Below, piece after piece: positions 1-7,804 of a stretch of DNA of 64,000 nt. The notes beneath the pieces were generated by a model. That model did no database searches. It was not told the origin of the DNA and was given only the letters and a program-made list of their open reading frames with translations. Location: the NCBI GenBank assembly GCA_964355515.1, contig CAYHDV010000001.1, positions 26,544 to 90,543 on the forward strand. The letters are read 5' to 3'. Origin of the DNA: an uncultured Candidatus Saccharibacteria bacterium. Its GTDB lineage: Bacteria > Patescibacteriota > Minisyncoccia > Phycocordibacterales > CSBR16-119. The position numbers were made by a program, and so were the translations under genes. Position 1 is the first letter of the stretch. Each line of letters starts with the position of its first letter.

Positions 1-243
1 TTTCCGCATTTTCTCTGGGCGTTCGTTTACAATTCCTGTTATTGCCACCACCCACTCAGGACGAAGAATCTTCGCAACTTCAAGTACATCTGGCTTGCCA
101 AACACTACCCCCTGCACAAACCCAGTCATATCACGAAAATCAAAGAAAGCCATCTTTCCTTGGTCTCGAGCAACGTGTACCCATCCTTTGATTGTTACTT
201 CTTGTCCTTTCTTGAATGAAAGGTCTTTTATATATGTTCTCAT
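1..243 (-). CDS. aspS: Aspartyl-tRNA synthetase, N-terminal OB-fold (runs off the window edge)
   Basis: Manual translation from ATG at 243: MRTYIKDLSFKKGQEVTIKGWVHVARDQGKMAFFDFRDMTGFVQGV..., the class IIb anticodon-binding motif GWV..RD.G...F.D.RD. The upstream T-box has Asp signatures. Confidence 0.85.
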   Translation of the reverse strand, partial: MRTYIKDLSFKKGQEVTIKGWVHVARDQGKMAFFDFRDMTGFVQGVVFGKPDVLEVAKILRPEWVVAITGIVNERPEKMRK

Positions 244-246
244 AAA

Positions 247-753
247 TTATTGTTTAAAAATATCAAGTAATGTTGTCTTATCTCTCCATTCGGGATGTAA
301 TTGCTGACAGAGGGATAGTAATGCATTTGCAAAAGACAGTAAGTAATTTATCTCAAATGTTGTATATCCATCATCCTTTTCATAAATATATCTCCAGTCT
401 ACAAACATATTTTTTACTTCTTCCAGTTCAACAAAGAAATCTTTCGGGGGAATTTCATCTGTATTACGTAGAGAGAAATATTTGTCCTCCAGTAATCTAA
501 GCTCTCCTTCTGGAAGCTCCTTAGTTAAGTTAATAAAATCGTGCCCTCTGCCTTGAATATTTAAAGAAGCAAGTAAGGATTTTAACAAAAGCTCTATTGA
601 AAAACTCAGACATAGGAAATATGGTAGTGGTTCATAATTTTCAATAGAATATCTTGGTCTTAGCACTTTATTTATAGACATGGCACCCGCAGCATAAGCG
701 ACGGCTTGCTTAAAAATAACAGGTGCTTTTTGTTTTAATGTTTTTTTAGACAT
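247..753 (-). CDS. HEPN-domain-like protein
   Basis: Pattern SIELLLKSLL...GHDF...L...FVDWRYIYE typical of helical HEPN folds; no clear Rx4H motif. Confidence 0.6.
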   Translation of the reverse strand: MSKKTLKQKAPVIFKQAVAYAAGAMSINKVLRPRYSIENYEPLPYFLCLSFSIELLLKSLLASLNIQGRGHDFINLTKELPEGELRLLEDKYFSLRNTDEIPPKDFFVELEEVKNMFVDWRYIYEKDDGYTTFEINYLLSFANALLSLCQQLHPEWRDKTTLLDIFKQ

Positions 754-769
754 CTATCATAATTCAAAT

Positions 770-952
770 AAAAAAGTCCCCACAAATTAGCTAATAATTT
801 GTGGGGACGAAAGAGATTCCGCGGTGCCACCCCAATTCTCGAAAATGTGTCATCCTGAACTCGTTTCAGGATCTGTACTTTATCAAGCGCTTTTTATTTT
901 TTTATAGCACCTCCACCATTGTCATCTGGCTTCATTGGTCTCCTGATTGTAC
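770..952 (-). promoter_or_regulatory. T-box riboswitch (Asp), transcriptional type with short Stem I
   Basis: Minus strand has GGGGTGGCACCGCG (820-833), antiterminator partner TCGTCCCC, terminator GTCCCCACAAATTA...TAATTTGTGGGGAC-T6 (770-808), and GAT GAC in an upstream loop (921-926). Promoter TTGTCA(978-983)-16-TAAAAT(956-961). Confidence 0.85.
848..874. repeat. REP-like palindrome TGTCATCCTGAA-N5-TTCAGGATCT inside the T-box leader
   Basis: Same arms as the inverted copy at 12280-12306; only the 5-nt loop differs. Confidence 0.8.
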
Positions 953-1042
953 AAAATTTTACTCATCTATTCACTATTGACAATATGAATCAAATATGCT
1001 TATATATACTACAAAATAAACAACATAATAAACCGCCAAAAA

Positions 1043-1294
1043 ATGAAATTCTTATATGATCATCCAAACTCTGAAATACAAGCAATCGTCACTGGAACAG
1101 AGGTATCTCTTACCAATATTAACGATGCTTTCAGACAATTCAGCGGAGACTTTGGTAATAAAGTTTCTAGAAACAAGACTTCTGTAAGATCACACAAAGA
1201 TGAACGGTATGGCACTCCTATAATGGTGATTGCTACAAAAATTCCTCGGAAATCAAAAGTTCCAGGCACATACCTCCGGAAGAAAATTATTTAA
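1043..1294 (+). CDS. Hypothetical protein (83 aa orphan)
   Basis: ORF with upstream TTGACA and A-rich leader, followed by a bidirectional terminator. Confidence 0.55.
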   Translation: MKFLYDHPNSEIQAIVTGTEVSLTNINDAFRQFSGDFGNKVSRNKTSVRSHKDERYGTPIMVIATKIPRKSKVPGTYLRKKII

Positions 1295-1315
1295 ACTATT
1301 TTTTCTTTGTTGAGG

Positions 1316-1343
1316 AAAAGCCCCACAATCGTGGGGCTTTTTT
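1316..1343. terminator. Bidirectional intrinsic terminator
   Basis: AAAAGCCCCAC-AATC-GTGGGGCTTTTTT between convergent genes. Confidence 0.8.
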
Positions 1344-1344
1344 A

Positions 1345-1743
1345 TTACCCAATTAGTTTTGTAAAATAATACCCCGCTCCAGCTACAACCGCTCCAAGAA
1401 AAGTTCCCCAAACAATATCAATAATCACAATCTGCCATGGCCATCCTTCTATTACTGCATAGTTTGTTAGCTCGTATGTCATGTACGCAAAGAATCCAAA
1501 CAACGCCCCGTACAGAATAGCATAAGACAGAGACCCTTTTTCAAGTGCTGGCGCAATCGCAAATATCACAAGTCCTGCAATAAACAAAAGATAGAAAAGT
1601 ACTGCGGCTCCCCACTTCGTATGTTCAGCCATGATATAACCCAGGTACTTTTGATAGATAGGCTTAGCAATTACCCCAAGCCAAAGCATGTCTATAAGAA
1701 AAAATATTGGTGTTGCTACTAGATATGGAACTAAGAATTTCAT
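1345..1743 (-). CDS. DUF2177-family membrane protein
   Basis: D.LWLG...Y, GALFG..AY.TYELTNYA...WP.....D..WG motifs; 4 TM segments. Confidence 0.85.
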   Translation of the reverse strand: MKFLVPYLVATPIFFLIDMLWLGVIAKPIYQKYLGYIMAEHTKWGAAVLFYLLFIAGLVIFAIAPALEKGSLSYAILYGALFGFFAYMTYELTNYAVIEGWPWQIVIIDIVWGTFLGAVVAGAGYYFTKLIG

Positions 1744-1796
1744 ATATCATAATTATACACCATCTAGAAAATTAAAAAGCCCCACAAGTGAGGCTT

Positions 1797-2135
1797 TCAT
1801 TTAAAAAGGATCCATATCGGAGTTCCAAATATCCATCGACAAATGAATTCAAAAGTAAACCAAATGAATCCAAGTATTTTCTTTGCACCTTCAGCCAGAG
1901 AACTAAACCATTTTCTAGTTGATCTAGCCCTCTCATAATTCCCATGCTCCCAAGGTACCATAAACTTTCTTAGCTCTATCCAATTTGGATTTTTCCTTGC
2001 CCGACATTGGGCTTTGGATTTTTCCCCTCGAGCTTTCATCTCCCTTGCCTCTTTTTCTGTCATGTCAGAAAGTGGCCGAAGCTTGAAATCGCCACCATTC
2101 CTTAGAATATCACCGATATCTCTTCTCTTTTTCAT
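1797..2135 (-). CDS. Hypothetical protein with hydrophobic C-terminus
   Basis: 112-aa ORF with TTGCAA-17-TAGACT promoter and terminator at about 1775-1797. Confidence 0.6.
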   Translation of the reverse strand: MKKRRDIGDILRNGGDFKLRPLSDMTEKEAREMKARGEKSKAQCRARKNPNWIELRKFMVPWEHGNYERARSTRKWFSSLAEGAKKILGFIWFTFEFICRWIFGTPIWILFK

Positions 2136-2222
2136 AATTAGAAGTTCTTTTTAAAAAGTCTATGCCAAAAAACCTAAAATTGCAACAGAAAATCCCAGTG
2201 CCAAAAGGCACCGGGATTTAAT

Positions 2223-3977
2223 TTAAGCTACATCAAGATACTGGTGAGAACACAACTCCTTGTAAGATTCAGACTTTTGAAGCAGTTCAACATGATTACC
2301 CGTTGCCACAAGTCTTCCCTTTTCAAAGAAGAAGATAATGTCGGCATTGATAACTGTTGAGAGTCTATGAGCAATCATGACCGAAGTTCGGCCCTCTGCC
2401 GCTCTATCAATTGCGTTCTGAATTTCTCTCTCGTTGATAGCATCCAGATTACTCGTTGCCTCATCGAAGATAAGAATTTTCGGATCTCTGAGTATTGCTC
2501 GAGCGATTGCCAAACGCTGACGCTCTCCACCTGAAAGCTTCACACCCTGCTCACCAATACGGCTATCAAGTCCGTCTTTGGTTTCGAGTATTTTTTCTTT
2601 CATGTTTGCAATATCAAGTGCAGATATCAAATCTTCATCAGAAAGATTTCTCCGAAGTCCATAGGTGAGATTGTGCCTCACTGTGGTGTCAAAAAGCCTT
2701 GTCTCTTGGCTCACGTAGCCAATTCTGCTCTGGTAATCTGACAAATCCAAATCTTTGAGTCTATACCCATCGATAAGTATTGCACCTTCTGCAGGATCAA
2801 AGTTTCGCAGAAGAAGACTCACGAGAGTTGTTTTCCCCGAACCAGATACCCCTGCCAAGGCAATTTTCTTTCCAGCGGGAATGGTAAAGGAAACATCATT
2901 GAGCTCGAAAGTGTCTTTCCCTTCGTTTTGGTAACGATACGAAACATGGTCGTAGACAATCATCCCCTGTTTTGGCACTCCAGTAAATGGATGTTCTGCA
3001 TGCTCAAGAATACTTTTCTCTTTGAGATGAGATCGGAAATCCCTAAAGCCTGGAAACTCTCGCATTATGTTTCTTTGGAACCATTGGACTCTAGCAATAT
3101 TTGAAATTGCCATGCCACCCCAAGAAACAACCATGATAAATTGTCCGACCGTTATCGATCCAACATAGGTTTGCCATGAAGCAACCAATAGAAGTAACCC
3201 AATAGTAATCGGATTCAGTAGACCAATCAGGCTGAGTCTTCTATCAAACTTTGTTATAAGCTCTTTCCCAAAAGATTCAGCACCTTTGATTGATTCCATA
3301 ACTTCTCCAAGAGCAATATCTTCTGCACCCATTGTCTTTGTGAGGTCTACATTTCGTAGGTGTTCCCCAATTACCTTGCTCTTGTCTTTTGACTTCTCTT
3401 CCCAGCTATAAAACTGACTAAGAAGTCGCGAAGTAACCCGTATCTGAAAAAAGATATTCAATGATAGAGAGCCAAGTAAGATAAACCCATAAACTGGACC
3501 GACAAAAAATAGCATCAAGAGGAGCATGACCAACATAAACACAAAAGGTATAACCTGAAATATCATTATGGTCATCAGAGTTTGCCCTGAGGATACCCCC
3601 TTATTAAGCACTGTCGCCTTGTTGTGAGAATTTGTAGAAGAATGCTCCCCTGCTGAAAAACTAAAGAAGTGCAGTAGCCCCTCCTTATACGAATCAGGAC
3701 GGAAATCAAAATAGAAATTTTTGATTTCGTACCGAGACTTCATGTAGATCAGAAATTTTTCAAAGAAAAGCACTAACAGGTACGTCCCAATAAGCGAAAC
3801 AACAGGTATAAATGATTTCAGTTCGCCAGGGTTTGTTATCCCATCAATGATTCTCCCAGAAAAATATGGCATAAGAATACCAAGTCCCTCTGTCACAAGA
3901 ATCAAGAAAACAATGAATGCAAGTATTTTGTGGTATTTTTTGTTTAGACCACCCAAGAAAATTAAGAAATCTTTCAT
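2223..3977 (-). CDS. ABC exporter, fused permease and ATPase
   Basis: N-terminal TM helices; Walker A GVSGSGKT, signature LSGGERQR, Walker B ILIFDEATSNLD, H-loop IAHRLST. Confidence 0.95.
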   Translation of the reverse strand: MKDFLIFLGGLNKKYHKILAFIVFLILVTEGLGILMPYFSGRIIDGITNPGELKSFIPVVSLIGTYLLVLFFEKFLIYMKSRYEIKNFYFDFRPDSYKEGLLHFFSFSAGEHSSTNSHNKATVLNKGVSSGQTLMTIMIFQVIPFVFMLVMLLLMLFFVGPVYGFILLGSLSLNIFFQIRVTSRLLSQFYSWEEKSKDKSKVIGEHLRNVDLTKTMGAEDIALGEVMESIKGAESFGKELITKFDRRLSLIGLLNPITIGLLLLVASWQTYVGSITVGQFIMVVSWGGMAISNIARVQWFQRNIMREFPGFRDFRSHLKEKSILEHAEHPFTGVPKQGMIVYDHVSYRYQNEGKDTFELNDVSFTIPAGKKIALAGVSGSGKTTLVSLLLRNFDPAEGAILIDGYRLKDLDLSDYQSRIGYVSQETRLFDTTVRHNLTYGLRRNLSDEDLISALDIANMKEKILETKDGLDSRIGEQGVKLSGGERQRLAIARAILRDPKILIFDEATSNLDAINEREIQNAIDRAAEGRTSVMIAHRLSTVINADIIFFFEKGRLVATGNHVELLQKSESYKELCSHQYLDVA

Positions 3978-4055
3978 GTATTTTGATGTATGTAAGGTTC
4001 GTTTATAATAATAATACCATTTTAAATAGAATAAGTCAATATACCTAAGGTAAGA

Positions 4056-5018
4056 CTACAGCCCTACTTTTTCTTTCACCTCCTTCATTTTTGCTCCAGC
4101 TACTAGGAGGGCTTGTTCTCTTCCCTTTTTTAGTATCTCTTCCACCAGAGCTGGATTTTGTTCGTAGTAGGCTCGCCTCTCTCGCATAGGCTCGACCATC
4201 TCGAGAATCGCCTCAAAGAGCATATTCTTCGCTTCTCCATATCCAAGACCACCCTTCTCAAGAAGCTCTTTCATTTCTCCTGCCCTATCTCCAACAACAA
4301 TCTTATATAGTTGGTAGACAATAACTTCTTCTGCGTTCTTTTTTTCTTCTGGGGCTTTGCTATCTGTGATAATGCTCATCACCGCCTTTTTTATTTCTTC
4401 ATCAGTCCCAAAGAGTGGGATAGTATTCCCATACGACTTGGACATCTTTCGTCCATCTGTCCCTGGCACGGTCTCCACATCTTCAAGAATCATTTCTTTT
4501 GGAAGAGAAAATGTCTCTCCATAGGTATTATTGAATTTCTGCGCGATGTCTCGAGCATATTCGATGTGTTGGCGTTGGTCTTTGCCTACTGGGACAATTT
4601 CTGGACTGTAGAGCAAAATATCTGATGCCATAAGTACAGGATAATTGAAGAGCCCCATACTTGGCTCGTCACCTTTTGCCACAGCATCCTTGTAAGCATG
4701 CGCTCTCATCATAAAAGGCACTGTCACGAGAGTATCAAAAATCCATGTAAGCTCTGTGTGGGCAGATATTTCTGATTGACGGAAGAGAACAACTTTTTCT
4801 GGATCAAGACCAATTCCAAGATAATCAAGAACTAAATCTCTCGACAGTGATTTCATTTGAGCACCGTCTTGGATAAAATTGAGAGCATGCAAATCTGCAA
4901 CAAAAATAAATGCGTCATACTCGTTTTGTAAATCAAGAAACTGACGCATCGCACCAAAATAATTTCCAATATGTGGGCGTCCTGTAGGCTTCACCCCTGA
5001 AAGTAATCGTTTTTTCAT
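4056..5018 (-). CDS. trpS: Tryptophanyl-tRNA synthetase
   Basis: SGVKPTGRPHIGNY, VPVGKDQRQH and KMSKS motifs. Confidence 0.97.
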   Translation of the reverse strand: MKKRLLSGVKPTGRPHIGNYFGAMRQFLDLQNEYDAFIFVADLHALNFIQDGAQMKSLSRDLVLDYLGIGLDPEKVVLFRQSEISAHTELTWIFDTLVTVPFMMRAHAYKDAVAKGDEPSMGLFNYPVLMASDILLYSPEIVPVGKDQRQHIEYARDIAQKFNNTYGETFSLPKEMILEDVETVPGTDGRKMSKSYGNTIPLFGTDEEIKKAVMSIITDSKAPEEKKNAEEVIVYQLYKIVVGDRAGEMKELLEKGGLGYGEAKNMLFEAILEMVEPMRERRAYYEQNPALVEEILKKGREQALLVAGAKMKEVKEKVGL

Positions 5019-5257
5019 AATCAGATTATATCAGAAAAAAGAAAAAGCCCCATCTAAAGATGGGGCTTCCTTGGGCCCTCTCAACCCAAAAATCTGCTGC
5101 CATTTCAGCTTGGTGCCTTTAGAGGTTCTCTTTTTGTTTCTTCATATCTTGAAGCTTTCGGAGGTTTAATGAACAAACCCTAAAATATATCTATCCACAG
5201 GTTTGTACCCAAAAATAGTTTCTTACTCGAAGTTACTTATGTGTTAGAATTGCATCA

Positions 5258-6643
5258 ATGTCAGAAAAAAACCGAAAAGGGCGTATCCCCCCACATAGCT
5301 TAGAATCAGAGCAAGCAGTACTTGGAGCTATTATGCTTCGGGCAGATGCTATTCATGAGATTATTGACGTGCTTGTCTCTCAAGCTTTTTATAGTGAAAA
5401 ACACCGAATGATCTACAAGGCGATGCTGGACTTGGCAACAAAGTCAGAGCCAATTGATCTTGTTTCTATTTCTGCAAAACTTGAAGAAAAAAAGGAATTA
5501 GAGGCTGTTGGAGGAAGGGGCTACCTTATCGACCTCACAAACACCGTGCCCGCAGCTACAAATGTAAAGCATTATGGAAATATTGTTGAGAAAAAGTTCC
5601 TCCTCCGATCCCTTATCAATGCCGCGGATACTATTGTTGAGCTTGGGTTTAACGATGATGCCACAGAGGTTGGAGATATTCTTGATATGGCCGAGAAACA
5701 AATTTTCTCTATTACAGGAAATCCAAAGGGGGCAAAATTTATTTCCATAAAAGAATCTCTGAAAGAAGCTTGGGAGCAATTAGAAAAACTTCAAGAAACA
5801 AAAGATGGAATCCGTGGAGTACCTACTGGCTACCCTGCATTGGACAACATGCTCTCTGGCCTTCAGAAATCAGATCTAATTATTCTTGCGGCAAGACCAT
5901 CTATGGGAAAGACCACTCTAGCACTCGACATGGCTCGCCATGCTGCCACAAAACACAATATACCAGTAGCTATTTTCTCGCTCGAAATGAGTGCAAACCA
6001 GCTCACACAGAGAATGCTTGCAGCAGAATCGCAAGTAAATGCTTGGAACCTTCGAACAGGAAAAATTAAAAAAGAGCAAGACTTTGAGCAAATAAGAGAT
6101 GCTCTGGATATTCTTTCTCGAGCTCCAATATACATAGACGATATGGCAGGAAACTCTATCACAAAGATGAAAGCTGTTTGTCGAAGATTAAAATCAGAAC
6201 ATGGGCTTGGGCTTATAGTTGTTGACTACCTACAGCTGATGTCCGCAGGAAAAAATTATGATTCCATGGTAAACCAAGTAACTGAAATTTCTCGATCTCT
6301 AAAGGCTCTTGCTCGAGAGATAGATGCTCCAGTACTTGCTCTGTCACAGCTATCCCGAGCGGTGGAATCTCGTGGAGGAAAGCCTAGACTATCTGACCTT
6401 CGAGACTCTGGATCTATCGAGCAAGACGCCGATGTGGTGATGTTTATTCACAGAGAAGACCGAATGGGATCTCGTTCTGATGATGAAAATACAGGTATGG
6501 CAGAAATCCTAATAGAAAAACACCGAAATGGACCCGTTGGAAAAGTGGATCTCTTCTTCGATGAGAAAACAAGTACATTTCTTTCTCTCGAAAAGAGTGA
6601 CATGGCGGCCTTTGTATCTGGTGGCTCACTTGATGATTTTTAA
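5258..6643 (+). CDS. dnaB: Replicative DNA helicase
   Basis: PPHSLESEQAVLG, AARPSMGKT, DYLQL, SDLRDSGSIEQDAD and KHRNGP. Confidence 0.98.
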   Translation: MSEKNRKGRIPPHSLESEQAVLGAIMLRADAIHEIIDVLVSQAFYSEKHRMIYKAMLDLATKSEPIDLVSISAKLEEKKELEAVGGRGYLIDLTNTVPAATNVKHYGNIVEKKFLLRSLINAADTIVELGFNDDATEVGDILDMAEKQIFSITGNPKGAKFISIKESLKEAWEQLEKLQETKDGIRGVPTGYPALDNMLSGLQKSDLIILAARPSMGKTTLALDMARHAATKHNIPVAIFSLEMSANQLTQRMLAAESQVNAWNLRTGKIKKEQDFEQIRDALDILSRAPIYIDDMAGNSITKMKAVCRRLKSEHGLGLIVVDYLQLMSAGKNYDSMVNQVTEISRSLKALAREIDAPVLALSQLSRAVESRGGKPRLSDLRDSGSIEQDADVVMFIHREDRMGSRSDDENTGMAEILIEKHRNGPVGKVDLFFDEKTSTFLSLEKSDMAAFVSGGSLDDF

Positions 6644-6646
6644 AAT

Positions 6647-7117
6647 ATGAAAAACTTTGAACAAAAAGAACATCTGGGAATTAGCACACACCAGATCACA
6701 TCAAAAGAATTAGAAGATATCATTTATAAAGGGGAAAGAATACCCCAAGACAATCGATTCTCACCACCGGAAAAAGGTGGCGTCTTCCACTACTTTGATC
6801 CAAGAGATCTTTTTGAATTTCCAGAGTCCAAGTCATATGTGGTAATCAAAGAAGGTCCAGTAATTGTGGGACTTGCAGGATTAGAAAAAGACCCCAGTAA
6901 AAAAACTAATACTTGGATCAAATTTATATCTGTCGACCCCGCATACCAAAATAAGGGCTATGGTACAATGCTTATTTCAAAAATATGTGAGGTGGCGAAG
7001 CAAGAAAAACACTCTCTTCAAACTTCTTTTTACAGTGATGAAGGAGAAGAGCGTCTCAAGAAAAATTTACACAACATCGCAAAAGATAAAGAAATCCCTC
7101 TTATTGACAACAATTAA
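6647..7117 (+). CDS. GNAT-family N-acetyltransferase
   Basis: Motif A ISVDPAYQNKGYGTMLI. Confidence 0.8.
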   Translation: MKNFEQKEHLGISTHQITSKELEDIIYKGERIPQDNRFSPPEKGGVFHYFDPRDLFEFPESKSYVVIKEGPVIVGLAGLEKDPSKKTNTWIKFISVDPAYQNKGYGTMLISKICEVAKQEKHSLQTSFYSDEGEERLKKNLHNIAKDKEIPLIDNN

Positions 7118-7126
7118 AAACGGACC

Positions 7127-7753
7127 ATGAACAGTATAGATGACTTAGCACAAATGTTTAGAAAATTCCCCGGGATAGGAGAGCGCCAAGCAAAGCGTTT
7201 TGTGTATTTCCTATTAAAGGCTCGTCCTGAATATGTAAATACTCTTGTCCAAGAAATTCAAAAAGTTAGAGCTCATACGAAAGTTTGTCAGGAGAGTTAT
7301 CAGTTTTTTGTGGCAGATGACCCGACTATCACCACTTCTTTTATTGCTAGAGATCACACTCGAGACAAGACAAAGCTATTGATTGTAGAAAAAGACACTG
7401 ACTTACAAAATATTGAAAAGATGGGAGTTTACAATGGAAATTATTTTGTGCTTGGAGGCTCACTTCCCTACTTGGCAGAAAATCCTGAACAACTGATTCG
7501 AATAAATGAACTCAAGGCCATCATAGAGATGAAAATAAAAAGAGATGGCCTAGAAGAAATAATTCTCGCACTTTCTGCAACTCCTCAAGGTGAGCATACA
7601 GAAGAATATGTTAGAAATGGATTAGAAGTGATTTTGGGAAAACACCAACTAAAAATTTCACACCTTGGTCGTGGGCTTTCTACAGGACTTGAAATTGAAT
7701 ATTCAGACAAAGATACTTTCGAGCAAGCTTTCAAACATAGGTCTGGAATTTAA
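7127..7753 (+). CDS. recR: Recombination mediator RecR with degenerate Zn finger
   Basis: PGIGERQAKR HhH motif; TOPRIM segments VEKDTD, EIILA...GE.T, GRG...G.EIEY.D. Confidence 0.92.
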   Translation: MNSIDDLAQMFRKFPGIGERQAKRFVYFLLKARPEYVNTLVQEIQKVRAHTKVCQESYQFFVADDPTITTSFIARDHTRDKTKLLIVEKDTDLQNIEKMGVYNGNYFVLGGSLPYLAENPEQLIRINELKAIIEMKIKRDGLEEIILALSATPQGEHTEEYVRNGLEVILGKHQLKISHLGRGLSTGLEIEYSDKDTFEQAFKHRSGI

Positions 7754-7763
7754 TTTTTATATT

Positions 7764-7793
7764 AAAAAGAGCGGGGCCGAAGGCCCCGCTCTT
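7764..7793. terminator. Intrinsic terminator
   Basis: AAGAGCGGGGCC-GAA-GGCCCCGCTCTT between convergent genes. Confidence 0.8.
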
Positions 7794-7804
7794 ATAAAGG
7801 TTCA

